A stretch of DNA of 64,000 nt from Acidobacteriota bacterium (GCA_965249865.1 CBDFMZ010000001.1:128415-192414); one strand, 5' to 3'; shown: positions 51,618 to 62,238, counted from the first letter of the stretch. Made by a program: numbers and translations. The notes: generated by a model not told the origin, from the sequence alone.

Positions 51618-53534
51618 TCAATCCTCATCACAAGCGATCAATACATTGCGGGCTTTTTTGTGGACAATGCCGGAATAATGGAAAACGCGGGCTACTTCCT
51701 TGCCGGCCTCGTCAATGGGGGTGGGCTGCTCGAACACAAAATCCGCCCAGTCGGACACCCGAAACGCAATATAGGACAACTGGAGGGTCTCCGCCCACTG
51801 GCTTGGGAGCACGGAAAGATCTGGCAAGATCACCGGTCCTGTATCCACCTGCCAGATTTTCTTGTCGCGCTGCCAGTTGATGGTTTTGATGGGGTATTCC
51901 AGAATGGCCGTTCGGCCGCTTTTTTCATCACGCAGTTCCGTCTGTCCCACTAGAAGCTTTCCGGACGACATGGCCTCGAAGACTTCTTGCGTAGAGGTCA
52001 GAACGCGCCCTTTGCAGGTGCGCAGTCCAAGGATTATACCTTCCCACGCTTTCTCCGTGGGTCGGACCTCTCGGTAGCGTTCTGTCCATCGAGAGTGACG
52101 ACGAAAGATCACCGTTTTGCGCTTGCTGAAGATGGGTAAGAAGTCATAATTATCCTCCTGGAACAAGTTCTTCTCGGCGAAGGTATGCTCGCTCTTACAG
52201 GAACCGCATTGAAAATATTCAACTGTTTCGCCACTCGCCGGGTCCGTGATCCGACAACGCGATTCTACCCAGAAACGCGGAGAGTTAGAGCGAGCTTTCG
52301 TATTGATAAAAGACCGACCATAGTCCAGGAAGGGTTGCACCAAGGCAGTGGTTAGGAAAGGCTGCGATGGTTTTGCAGCGGGCACTTTCGTAGAAACCCG
52401 ACGAGATTTTTCCTCCAGCCATATTTTGGGAAAGGCTGCAACCTTCAACCGATTCAGTCCTCCCACCTGCTGGTCTCCCGCACAGTAGGATAAAATCAGA
52501 TGATCCCTGATGAAACTCACTGAGGTGTAGCAATACCAGCCTTCAGGATTTTCCTCAATGACCCAAGACTTACTCCAGGTCTGTCCCTCATCCCGACTGA
52601 TGGCCATACAGAGGGGTGTTCGTTTGCGCACTTGAAAAGGGTGAGCACCAGAATGATCGTTCCACACACACAACAAATCTCCTGTCCAAGGGACACGCTC
52701 GATGGTAGCCGGGCTTCGGGGTGATGCCAGACCAGTGGGTTTGGGTTTGGACCAGTTGATGCCCCGATCACTCGAATAACACCCATACTGATAGCCATGA
52801 TCGGTTCGCATGTACATCCAGAGCCTGCCGTCTTTGAGTTCGACAACGCCGTTTTCCTGCAAAATCAGAGTCCGTTGGGAGGTCGAAACAATCGAAGTTT
52901 TATCTTTTTTCCAGGTGTAGCCATGATTGTCCGAGTAGTAGACAAAAGGAATTCCCTGCGGAACATTATCCGTTACTCGATCCCCGTCGAATCCGGTATG
53001 TAGAACGGTTGGTACAATCAAGCACCCAGTGGACAGCTCAACTACTCGGTCATTGTTCACGACGTGATACCCATCTAACAGGGTGACGCGAACTGGCGGG
53101 CCCACTGTCTGAAATTCGTCTGCGGAGCGGCGAACAAACAAGTTGCACCGCTGGCTGGAATCTTTTCGCAGGTAAAAAAGCAGCAATTCTCCGTTTGCCA
53201 AACGCAGGATACTGCTGGACATCACATTTTTTCGGCCCTCATTGGGAACAAGAATTCGGTCATCACTCCAGGTTTTGCCCTGGTCGCTGGAAGTGCGCAG
53301 CGCCAAATCCGCCTCCGAGTGGTCGTGGGTGCCTCCTTTGAACCGGGTATAGATCAGACAGAGTCGACCATCGCGTAACTCGACAATGTCTCCCTCCGAA
53401 TTGCGAGGCTGGTCCTTAGCTGGTTCAATAGTCAACAAGGTTTCCATTCCTAACCCTACCTGCGGTTGGACAACTGCTGGAAGGATCAGGATGACGCCTA
53501 TTATCCCAAAACACCTCTTCCTCATTGCTCTCAC
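51618..53534 (-). CDS. BNR/Asp-box repeat glycoside hydrolase (sialidase-like) with extra C-terminal domain
   Basis: It has a signal peptide and three Asp-boxes (SSDQGKTW, SDNHGYTW, SRDEGQTW); 638 aa. Confidence 0.7.
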   Translation of the reverse strand: MRAMRKRCFGIIGVILILPAVVQPQVGLGMETLLTIEPAKDQPRNSEGDIVELRDGRLCLIYTRFKGGTHDHSEADLALRTSSDQGKTWSDDRILVPNEGRKNVMSSSILRLANGELLLFYLRKDSSQRCNLFVRRSADEFQTVGPPVRVTLLDGYHVVNNDRVVELSTGCLIVPTVLHTGFDGDRVTDNVPQGIPFVYYSDNHGYTWKKDKTSIVSTSQRTLILQENGVVELKDGRLWMYMRTDHGYQYGCYSSDRGINWSKPKPTGLASPRSPATIERVPWTGDLLCVWNDHSGAHPFQVRKRTPLCMAISRDEGQTWSKSWVIEENPEGWYCYTSVSFIRDHLILSYCAGDQQVGGLNRLKVAAFPKIWLEEKSRRVSTKVPAAKPSQPFLTTALVQPFLDYGRSFINTKARSNSPRFWVESRCRITDPASGETVEYFQCGSCKSEHTFAEKNLFQEDNYDFLPIFSKRKTVIFRRHSRWTERYREVRPTEKAWEGIILGLRTCKGRVLTSTQEVFEAMSSGKLLVGQTELRDEKSGRTAILEYPIKTINWQRDKKIWQVDTGPVILPDLSVLPSQWAETLQLSYIAFRVSDWADFVFEQPTPIDEAGKEVARVFHYSGIVHKKARNVLIACDED

Positions 53535-53792
53535 CTCCTCTGTCAGTCTAGCTCATTTACGGACAATTATGCTGTCGTAAGTAGCCCAATCTGGGAAAGA
53601 TTAGGGACAGAGAAATGAGGGCCAGTTACCTATTTCAGGCTGCCGAAAACTCGTGGCAAAAAGGTATGATTGTTCCTAATTCCTTATAGCTTTACAGCTA
53701 TGGACTGCCCATTACAAACGACCACAACATCGGAAACACTAGATCCAACAATTCTTACCGTAGGTGTTTCGTTTCATAAATACGAGAAACAC

Positions 53793-55235
53793 TTAGGTAA
53801 GAATTTCTTTAACCACCCGTCCGTGGACGTCCGTCAGACGAAAGTCGCGGCCGCTGTAACGGTAAGTCAACCTCTCATGATCGAGTCCCAAAAGATGGAG
53901 AATGGTGGCGTGCAAGTCGTGAATGTGGACTTTCTCCTCGACAGCTTTGAAACCGTAATCGTCGCTGACGCCGTAGACCTGACCATTTCGGACGCCACCG
54001 CCAGCTATCCAAGCGCAGAAGCTATAAGGACTGTGTCCCCGACCATACGTGTCAGCTTTGTCCTTCCCGTCGGAAAGATCTTGACGATGAGGTGTCCGTC
54101 CGAACTCACCGGACCAGACCAGCAGGGTGTCGTCGTAGAGCCCCCGAGCTTTGAGGTCGGTGATGAGGCCGGCAATTGGCTTGTCAACTGCGGCACAGCG
54201 TTCGGGAAGTCCCGAAAGAATGCTGCGATGATGATCCCAACCGTCGTCGGTGATCTGGACAAACCGTACTCCCGCTTCGGCAAAGCGCCGCGCCAATAGG
54301 CACTGGCGTCCGAAATTGTCGGTCTCTTTTTCGCCGACTCCGTAAAGTTCGAGAGTTGCCTTCGACTCCGACGATAGGTCAATGAGATCAGGAGCCTCCG
54401 ACTGCATCCGGAAGGCGAGCTCGAACGACTCGATGACTCCTTCCATTTGACGGCTGGTTCCCAGCTTCTGGAGGTGGGCTCGATTCATTTCCTGAATCAG
54501 ATCAATCTGAACTCGCTGCAACTTGGACGGGAGGTTAGGATCTTCCAGATGGCGGAAAGTAGCGTTCTTTGTACCATCTTCTACATTTTTGCCCAGCTGG
54601 GTACCCTGGTAGACAGCGGGCAGAAAAGCATTCCCGAAGAGATGGACACCACCAGTGTCACCTTCCATTCTCGGGCAGATGCTAATGAATCCGGGTAGGT
54701 CTTGGTTTTCGGTCCCCAAGCCGTAGCCGATCCAAGCCCCCATCGAAGGACGAATCAGCTGCGTTGCCCCCGTGTGCAATTGCCTGGCCGCGGGTGCATG
54801 CGCTTCGCTGTCAGCCTGCATAGCGTTGAGCACACAAAGGTCATCGGCGTATTTGCCTAGCTGCGGCAGCCACTCGGTCATCATCAACCCGGACTGCCCT
54901 TGCCGTCGGAACGGGGAAATGGGTCCCATTAATCGGGTTCCGGACATGCCCACAGTGTCTCTATTGCCTGGAAACTTGTAGGGGATCCGCTCGCCATTAT
55001 CTCGCACGAGACGTGGTTTGTAGTCGAACAGGTCGACTTGTGACGGACCACCCTGCATCCACATGAAAATTACTCGACTAACCTTCGGAGCAAAATGGGG
55101 AATCTTGGGTGCCAAAGGGCTGCCGGCTTTGGCGACCTGCTCGGTACACATGGCAGCTAAGGCCACTGAGCCAAAACCACAACCCGTCCTCCGAAGAAAT
55201 TGGCGACGTGTATAGCGGCTAGGACTAATGATCAT
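53793..55235 (-). CDS. DUF1501 (sulfatase-like) protein with twin-arginine signal
   Basis: RRQFLRRTGCGFGSVALAA is a TAT motif. The full-length DUF1501 architecture is the partner of DUF1553 proteins. Confidence 0.9.
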   Translation of the reverse strand: MIISPSRYTRRQFLRRTGCGFGSVALAAMCTEQVAKAGSPLAPKIPHFAPKVSRVIFMWMQGGPSQVDLFDYKPRLVRDNGERIPYKFPGNRDTVGMSGTRLMGPISPFRRQGQSGLMMTEWLPQLGKYADDLCVLNAMQADSEAHAPAARQLHTGATQLIRPSMGAWIGYGLGTENQDLPGFISICPRMEGDTGGVHLFGNAFLPAVYQGTQLGKNVEDGTKNATFRHLEDPNLPSKLQRVQIDLIQEMNRAHLQKLGTSRQMEGVIESFELAFRMQSEAPDLIDLSSESKATLELYGVGEKETDNFGRQCLLARRFAEAGVRFVQITDDGWDHHRSILSGLPERCAAVDKPIAGLITDLKARGLYDDTLLVWSGEFGRTPHRQDLSDGKDKADTYGRGHSPYSFCAWIAGGGVRNGQVYGVSDDYGFKAVEEKVHIHDLHATILHLLGLDHERLTYRYSGRDFRLTDVHGRVVKEILT

Positions 55236-55241
55236 TGGTAA

Positions 55242-57836
55242 TTATCCTCGAAAAAGGAATTCGTTCGATACAATTACAGCATGACAGTAGCGTGCCCATG
55301 CTTCAAGACGTGGATTTTCTGGCGGGTTGGACAGCAGGGTGAGCTGCTCTTCAAAATCCGCCAGGAATTGCAACGCCCGAACCCGTTCTTGCTCTGTCAC
55401 TGGCCGGTTCAAAGCCTTGAGAGTAAAATGAGCGATTCGCTTTCGGTCGTCAAGCTCTTTTTTCTCCAACAGAACCCGGGCCATCAGGCGAGCTTGCTCC
55501 TGTACAAAGGGAGAATTCATCAGGTAAAGACTCTGCGTAGGAACGGTCGTGACCGAACGGACCCCAGTCGTCTCATCGGGATTGGGAAAATCAAAGAGAT
55601 CCAGAACCTCGAGTTGCTCCAGCTGGCTCTTACGAAGCATGGGCAAGTAGACCGTTCTTCGACGAAGGGTAGCTTCGCTCAACTTCGCCTCTTCCAATAG
55701 TAACGTCGGACGGCCGAAGTCGATGTTGTCAGCAACGTCCAAAGGGAGGGTAGGGCCTCCCCCCCTTACGAGGTCCAATCGCCCGCTGATAGCCAACAGG
55801 GAGTCACGATAGGCTTCCGCCTCCAGTCTTCGGTTATTAGCGCGCCACAACAGGCGGTTTTCGGGGTCGAGCTCGTGTGCTGTCACATTGTGAACGCTAG
55901 CTTGCCGGTAGCTGCGGGTCAGAACGACTTCCCGAATCACGCTCTTGATGGACCAGCCCTGTTCAACAAAGCGCGAAGCTAAGTAGTCGAGTAGTTCGGA
56001 ATGGCTAGGCACCTCCCCGCGCCTGCCGAAATTGTCGAGTGTACCAACCAATCCCGGACCAAACAGGTGATGCCAGATCCGGTTGACCATCACTCTAGCC
56101 GTGAGGGGGTTATCCAAGTCGACCAGCCATACAGCCAGTTCCAGGCGCCCACTAGATCTCACGTAACGACCTTTCAGGTCTCGACGTTCGGCAAATCGGG
56201 GTGGAGGTTTGGTCGAAGCAATCGAAAGGAAACCTCTGGGAACAACCTTTCCCAGACTGTGGGGATTTCCACCAATGTTGATTCGGCAATCTTCGGGAAG
56301 ATCCCGGTCCGTGGTCGCGATCGCCAACGGTGCGCTAGGTTTGTTGAACTCTAGCATTTGGACACGATGGGTAGCTTCCTGGAGTTTTTTGTCAATTTCT
56401 TCGACTTCTTTTGCGATCTGCGCTTTTTCGGCAGAATCGGCTCCTCCCTCTTCCAGATCTTGCTGCCGGTCTAGTAATCGCTTTTTCTCGCGGTCGATTG
56501 TTTTTTGCGGAATCAGAGCCTCCGCCAGGGCCTTTTCATACTGCTCGGTCGCTGCAGCTCTCTTGGCGAGCTCCACCGAGGTCTCAGGCAGAGGAACTCG
56601 ATTGATCTTGCTCCAAACTCCACTCTCGCGACCGTCGAGAGTCTTTGTGCTCCGAAATACCCCTGCCAGCGCATAGTATTCGCGGGTGGGGATGGGGTCA
56701 AACTTGTGATCGTGGCAACGTGCGCAACCAAGATTCAATCCCAAAAAAACTCGGCCTAAAGTATCAATCTGGTTATCCACTACATCCATACGGAGCTGCT
56801 CTTTGTCGGCATCTACCAGAGCCCAAGGTCCAATCGCCAGGAAACCCGTGGCGATGATCTGCTCACGACGCTGTGCGTCATTTTCCCAGTCGAGCACGTC
56901 CCCCGCGACTTGCTCTTGAATGAATCGGTCGTAGGGCTTGTCGTTGTTAAAGGAATTGATGACGTAGTCGCGGTACCTCCAGGCCTCTTTGGCCGGGACA
57001 AGACGACCTTTGCCCAGGTTATTGGCATAGCCCGTCAAATCGAGCCAATGACGACTCCAGCGCTCCCCAAAACGGGGAGATTGCAGCAGCCGATCCACAA
57101 TCTTCTCAAAAGCATCTTGGGAGTCATCCTTGATGAATGCTTCAATCTCTGCTGGTCTCGGGGGCAGTCCCGTGAGATCTATATAGACGCGGCGCAGCAG
57201 TGTGTAACGGTCGCTGTCAGTAGATGGACTTAGACCCTGGGCTTCCAGCTTGGCCAAAATAAAATGGTCGATAGGACTACTACTGGGCCAGTCTCCGTTT
57301 TGAACGGTGGGTGGGGACACCCTGCGCACGGGCTGCCAGGACCAGTGGTCACGACTAACGTCGGTGTCCGCTTTCGGTTGCGTGATCTTGACGGTTACAG
57401 CTGCCTGGTCCGGCCAGGGTGCTCCCATCTCCACCCATTTAACTAGAAGCGCGATCTGGGTGTCCGCTAACTTCCCACTCGGTGGCATCTCAAGATTTTC
57501 CTGACGAACCGCCTGTATGAACGCGCTTAATTTGGGATCTCCAGGGACCATGACCGGACCGCGATCACCACCCTTAAGCATCCCGGCGCGGCTGTCCAAA
57601 TGCAAATTAGCGAATAACGTCTTGGCCCGTGCACTGTGGCATTGGTAACAGTTCTCAGCCAGCAGGGGCCGGATCTTCGATTCAAAGAACTCGATCTGTT
57701 TTTGGTTGGGCTGGGCGGTCTGTGGAATGATACAGAAAAAGAACAGTGTCGGGAGTACAGACAAAACCCGACCGGAGATTGAATTCAAACCAAAAGATCG
57801 ATGAAAGCTCACCTTCGAGACACCTTCGAACCCCAA
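55242..57836 (-). CDS. PSCyt1/DUF1549/DUF1553 (PSD1) domain protein
   Basis: The N-terminal CYQCHS haem-binding-like motif (planctomycete cytochrome C domain); 864 aa. It is 7 nt upstream of the DUF1501 gene. Confidence 0.9.
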   Translation of the reverse strand: MGFEGVSKVSFHRSFGLNSISGRVLSVLPTLFFFCIIPQTAQPNQKQIEFFESKIRPLLAENCYQCHSARAKTLFANLHLDSRAGMLKGGDRGPVMVPGDPKLSAFIQAVRQENLEMPPSGKLADTQIALLVKWVEMGAPWPDQAAVTVKITQPKADTDVSRDHWSWQPVRRVSPPTVQNGDWPSSSPIDHFILAKLEAQGLSPSTDSDRYTLLRRVYIDLTGLPPRPAEIEAFIKDDSQDAFEKIVDRLLQSPRFGERWSRHWLDLTGYANNLGKGRLVPAKEAWRYRDYVINSFNNDKPYDRFIQEQVAGDVLDWENDAQRREQIIATGFLAIGPWALVDADKEQLRMDVVDNQIDTLGRVFLGLNLGCARCHDHKFDPIPTREYYALAGVFRSTKTLDGRESGVWSKINRVPLPETSVELAKRAAATEQYEKALAEALIPQKTIDREKKRLLDRQQDLEEGGADSAEKAQIAKEVEEIDKKLQEATHRVQMLEFNKPSAPLAIATTDRDLPEDCRINIGGNPHSLGKVVPRGFLSIASTKPPPRFAERRDLKGRYVRSSGRLELAVWLVDLDNPLTARVMVNRIWHHLFGPGLVGTLDNFGRRGEVPSHSELLDYLASRFVEQGWSIKSVIREVVLTRSYRQASVHNVTAHELDPENRLLWRANNRRLEAEAYRDSLLAISGRLDLVRGGGPTLPLDVADNIDFGRPTLLLEEAKLSEATLRRRTVYLPMLRKSQLEQLEVLDLFDFPNPDETTGVRSVTTVPTQSLYLMNSPFVQEQARLMARVLLEKKELDDRKRIAHFTLKALNRPVTEQERVRALQFLADFEEQLTLLSNPPENPRLEAWARYCHAVIVSNEFLFRG

Positions 57837-58611
57837 GCTCTAGGGTCGAATGTAACAGTAGCATATAAACTGGTCAAGATACCCCTACACTCACTTGTGC
57901 CACCCAGAGTCGATGTTACTATAAGTTTGGTTCCGGCTAAGCCCAATTTTCTTAAACACATCGGCTTTCACAAACCGCTTAGCTTGCACTTGGTCTATAC
58001 CCGCAATCGATACCAGCAAAATAAGCAAGCAGGTAGGGGTTTATGTGAGAACTAAAAGATAGAGGGAGACACCTCTGCCATACTGAAATTGAAAGTCACT
58101 TCCCTCCTATCTAACAACTGAGTCGAGACCGCTCCGGGTCGATTTTCATCATTACTCTCTGCTCTAAGCGAACTCCAGAGGTTCGTCCCAGCCGAGATCC
58201 TTAACAATCGAACATATCTGATTCAAACCACTTCTGGAACATTCCCAGTGTTCGGTCCTCACCCAGCCTTCAACATGGCCTCAAACAAGCGCTAGCCAAA
58301 ATTACTCTAGCACCTCCTGGTACAACGCAGGTTCCTCGTATTCAGGAAGGAGAGGCATGTGTGACTTCCTCCGCAGATCTTCAAAGACAGACTCAGCAAA
58401 CCCCGAACTGTCTCTTAACCAGTAGGCTCTATCTGTCTCATTTTTGCTGTCGGGGTCGTATAATGGTGCTCGTGGGTATACGATGTGCGAAATCACGGAA
58501 GACCATTTGTGCACAAGAGGTAACCGCCTCAACCACAGTGTGTTTTTGTGGGGGTTATATGCATCGTTTTTCGCTTGAAAAGGCGTTCCACAACGCTGGA
58601 GAATCGTTTTT

Positions 58612-59454
58612 GTGGACAAGCTGATTATCACTGCAGCCGTCTGTGGTTCTGCTCCGACGAAAGAACAGAACCTGAACGTCCCCTATGCACCGGAAGAGAT
58701 TGCCAATGAGGCCCTTGCGGCTTGGCGTGCCGGTGCAACCATCGCCCACATTCACGTGCGCGATCCCAAGACTGGCAAGCCGGATTCCCGAAACGACCTG
58801 TTTGCCGAAGTCGTGGAACGCATTCGTGCCGCGAGTGACTTGATCATCAACCTCACCACCAGCGGTCTCAACATTACCGGCCCCGATACTGGAGACCTGC
58901 GTCTGGAACCAATTGCCCTGGCTCCCGACATCTGCTCTCTGGACGTCGGTTCTCTAAACTTTCGCAACCGTGTCTTTCTCAATCCGGCGGACTGGGTCCA
59001 GAAGGCGGCCCGACTCATGCTAGAGGCTGGCGTCAAACCTGAAGTTGAAGTCTTCGACCTTGGTCACATCCGTCAGACCAAGCATTTGATCAAGCAAAAC
59101 TGCATCGCAGCGCCGCCGTGGTTTCAACTCTGTCTAGGAATTCCCTGGGGTATCGAGGGGACCCTCGAAGCGCTTTTGGAGATGCGGCGACGGTTGCCGG
59201 ATAGAGCAATCTGGTCGGTGCTTGCCCCAGGGCTACTGCAACTCCCGATGACGACCCACGCGATGCTGCTGGGGGGACACGTACGAGTTGGGTTCGAGGA
59301 CAATCTCTATCTGAAGCGGGGACAGAAAGCCGATAGCAATGCCCAGTTCGTGGAACGTACAGTGAAGTTGGCCCACACCCTACAAAGGGAGGTCGCCAGT
59401 TGCGATGAGGCCCGTGCTATCTTGGGGTTGCCGGGAGGCAATAGTGAGCACTGA
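58612..59454 (+). CDS. BKACE-family (DUF849) 3-keto-5-aminohexanoate-cleavage-like enzyme
   Basis: LIITAAVCGSAPTKEQNLNVPYAPEEIANEALAAWRAGATIAHIHVRD is the typical BKACE TIM-barrel N-terminus; 280 aa. Confidence 0.8.
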   Translation: MDKLIITAAVCGSAPTKEQNLNVPYAPEEIANEALAAWRAGATIAHIHVRDPKTGKPDSRNDLFAEVVERIRAASDLIINLTTSGLNITGPDTGDLRLEPIALAPDICSLDVGSLNFRNRVFLNPADWVQKAARLMLEAGVKPEVEVFDLGHIRQTKHLIKQNCIAAPPWFQLCLGIPWGIEGTLEALLEMRRRLPDRAIWSVLAPGLLQLPMTTHAMLLGGHVRVGFEDNLYLKRGQKADSNAQFVERTVKLAHTLQREVASCDEARAILGLPGGNSEH

Positions 59455-59621
59455 GTTAGCGGTCCTGATCGTGGGGTCCTGAACCATGGGCACGACATTG
59501 CCCCAAAAAAAATCCCAACTGTCTCAACACCTAACGGTTGTCGAACGGCCAATCTGCTCATCTACAACAAAAAAACCTTCAGGAGCCTGCGTCGGCTACC
59601 AAAATTGTCCGCCTCTACGGC

Positions 59622-60668
59622 TTAACTCCCGTCAATCCATCGCACTGATGGCCAGCCCGAGTTCAACGAAAAATGGTGCTGCTGGCGATGGATGGGATCA
59701 TCGTAGTCCTGCGTGGATTTGAATAACTCGTGGCGGCCATCGCCGGCTTCAGGTTCCGCCAAGCGGACCAACTCTTCCTTTTCGGCATCAGATAACGGCT
59801 TGAAGCTGCGAGCATACCCTGCGTCTTGCTTGAGTTCTTCCAGCGAACGTATACCCACACACAGAGTTGCGATGGGCATGCTCAGAGTGTAGCGAATGCA
59901 CTGTTCACCAGTGAATTCCGTGTTGCCAGGAATCTGACCACTCGGATTTCCTCCGCCCAGACTTTTCATCCCGATCACTTCGACATCTTTTTCCAAACAT
60001 ACAGGCACGACCTCGTTCTGAAAACTTCGGTAGTGGGCGTCCATGACGTTGATCGGCATCATCGAAGTCGCCCACGCGTAAAGTTTCGCCAGCATCTTGA
60101 GGTGAATGCGCGGTTCTTTGTGCCCGGTAAAACCGATGTAGCGGACTTTGCCCGCTTTTTGCGCCTCGAGCGCCGCCTTCATACCTCCCTGCTGGAAGAC
60201 CCAGTCGGGGGCGTTGTCATAGTCCATTTCGTGGAACTGCCACAAATCGATGTAATCGGTTTTCAGGCGACACAGACTATCTTCGAGATTGCGTAGGCTC
60301 CCATCGTAGTCGCGCTCGCAGTTCTTGGTCATCAAGAAAATGTTTTGGCGCTTGTCGTCCACCGCAAGTGCCTCACCCATGACCTCTTCGGCGTAACCGT
60401 CGCCGTACTCCCATGCGTTGTCAAAGAAGATAATGCCCTCGTCGATCGCGGCATGCATGACGCGAATGGCGTCCCTACGCTCCATTTCCTCGATGTGGCC
60501 CCCGCCCAGGCAAAGAATAGAAACCTGCTCGTCAGTTCGGCCCAGCCTGCGCGTGGGTATTCCATTCGGACTCGGCTGTTGCACGAGTGCGGTGCGGGCA
60601 AGAGCCGCTAGTTCCGCGGTACCGAAGGCTGTTTGAAAAAAGTCGTGTCCTGACATGTCCTGCGGCAT
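59622..60668 (-). CDS. aldo/keto reductase with N-terminal (degenerate TAT-like) signal
   Basis: TRRLGRTDEQVSILCLGGGHI...AIDEGIIFFDNAWEYGDG is the AKR signature. I place the start at ATG 60668 (MPQDMSGHDFF...). The listed TTG ORF start is at 60782. Confidence 0.85.
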   Translation of the reverse strand: MPQDMSGHDFFQTAFGTAELAALARTALVQQPSPNGIPTRRLGRTDEQVSILCLGGGHIEEMERRDAIRVMHAAIDEGIIFFDNAWEYGDGYAEEVMGEALAVDDKRQNIFLMTKNCERDYDGSLRNLEDSLCRLKTDYIDLWQFHEMDYDNAPDWVFQQGGMKAALEAQKAGKVRYIGFTGHKEPRIHLKMLAKLYAWATSMMPINVMDAHYRSFQNEVVPVCLEKDVEVIGMKSLGGGNPSGQIPGNTEFTGEQCIRYTLSMPIATLCVGIRSLEELKQDAGYARSFKPLSDAEKEELVRLAEPEAGDGRHELFKSTQDYDDPIHRQQHHFSLNSGWPSVRWIDGS

Positions 60669-60776
60669 TGTTTTGTTCAGAGTCAAACCGCTTTTGGTTG
60701 CGTCTCTATTGTCTCCTATAAGTGGTTGTTTTGGTACAGTTAAGTGGTGGAGATAAGTAGACTCAAACCGCTGTGA

Positions 60777-61255
60777 GTTCAAGATATCGACTTCGAGCGC
60801 AGAAAAATCACGGTTCGTAACGGGAAGGGGGCTAATAATCGTGTAACAATGCTGACTGAATCCCTCAGGAGGCCTCTACAGACAGATCGAAAAGATTCAC
60901 GAAAGGGACTTGGCCAACGGCTGAGGCCTTGTCTTGATGCCTTACGCGCTGGATCGTAAATACCCCAACGCAGCCTCTGAGTGGTGCTGGCAGTGGGTTT
61001 TCCCGCAAAATAACAGATGGAAGGATACCAGAACCAAGTGGAAATGCCGTCATTATATCGACACATCCATTTTGCAGAAAGCCTTCAAATGGGCTATCTG
61101 TCAAACACTTCGGCACTCATCTTCTAGAAGATGAATACGACATCCGTACTGTGCAGGAGCTCTTCGGACACAAGCATGGGCGAACGACGATGATCTACAT
61201 GCACGTCTTGAATCGCGGCGGTCTGGGTGTCAGAAGTCCCGTGGACGCTTTGTGA
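60777..61255 (+). pseudogene. intI: integron integrase (IntI) remnant: 5'-truncated, in three frame segments
   Basis: Frame segments: ...DIDFERRKITVRNGKGANNRVTMLTESL...; ...[25 protein letters not shown]...[17 protein letters not shown]; ...[45 protein letters not shown]. These match IntI, including the IntI-specific KYPxA..W.WxWVFx patch and the C-terminal ...MIYTHVL..GG.GVRSPLDAL. The N-terminal ~150 aa are absent. Confidence 0.7.
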
Positions 61256-61474
61256 ATCCTAATGGCAACGTGTATCGTGAGAAAATTGCATAAGACGCTC
61301 GACGTCAGGTGGCAGTGTCCCAAAGGCTGGGATCGCCGAGCTAGACTCCGGGATCTGCTGCACGTATTACCCTGGAAAGAAAGCAATAGGTAACGGGCGG
61401 ATTCTGGAGACTAGATAATCAATAGTCAGCTGGCCCAACAAGAACCTATAACAGATATCGTTAAAGAACCCACA

Positions 61475-62238
61475 ATGACCCGAAACAGGCCCCTCTTATG
61501 CGTAATAGTTGCTGTGTTACTTGTGGAGTGCAACCAGGGAACCGTCGAGATACTTGAAATAAGAATTCTGGTCTTCTCGAAAACGGCAGGCTATCGACAT
61601 GAGTCTATCTCGTATGGCGTACAGGCACTTCGACAGCTCGCGACAAAGTATGGTGTCCATGTAGACGCAACAGAAGACGCAGCTGTTTTTGACCCCAGCA
61701 ATCTCACGAAATATGATGCGATCGTATTCCTTTCAACTACCGGAGATGTACTGGACGACAACCAACAACAGGCCTTTACCGAATTCATTCGGGCTGGTGG
61801 AGGTTTTGTTGGCATTCATTCAGCCAGTGATAAAGAGTACGACTGGCCCTGGTACGGCCGGCTGGTCGGTGGCTACTTTAATGGCCACCCCAGCAATCCA
61901 AACGTCCGGGAGGGAACTATTCTCGTTGTTGAGTCAAGCCATCCCGCTACCACAACGCTCCCGAGTCCTTGGATTTTTACGGATGAATGGTACGACATTC
62001 GGGACCTGCAAGATGAGATGACTATTCTGCTCAATATCGACGAACTTAGTTACAAACTGACCGATGAAGATCCGGTCCCGGCACCCCGTCCGATCGCATG
62101 GTTCCGCGAATTGGAGGTCGATCATTTTACACAGCCTTGGGCCATACGCCGGATAACTATGCTGATTCGCTCTTTTTGGATCATCTTTGGGGTGGACTCC
62201 GCTCCGTTCTTGGGGAGAATGGTGAGCGTTTGAACTGA
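61475..62238 (+). CDS. ThuA-like (trehalose-utilisation/type-1 glutamine-amidotransferase-like) protein, single-base frameshift near 62112
   Basis: ILVFSKTAGYRHESI...FVGIHSA... in the main ORF. After 62112 the +2 frame reads GGRSFYTALGHTPDNYADSLFLDHLWGGLRSVLG, the conserved ThuA C-terminus. It is restored by inserting one T in gaaTTgga. Confidence 0.75.

Noticed and set aside
53670-54299. 209-aa plus-strand ORF overlapping the DUF1501 gene
   Set aside because: It lies entirely antisense within a well-supported CDS and shows no family signature.
59455-59621. Possible attC-like site downstream of the aldo/keto reductase (CCTAAC...GTT)
   Set aside because: There is no convincing R''-L''...L'-R' imperfect palindrome, and the gene is far larger than typical cassettes. 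It would need a covariance-model test.
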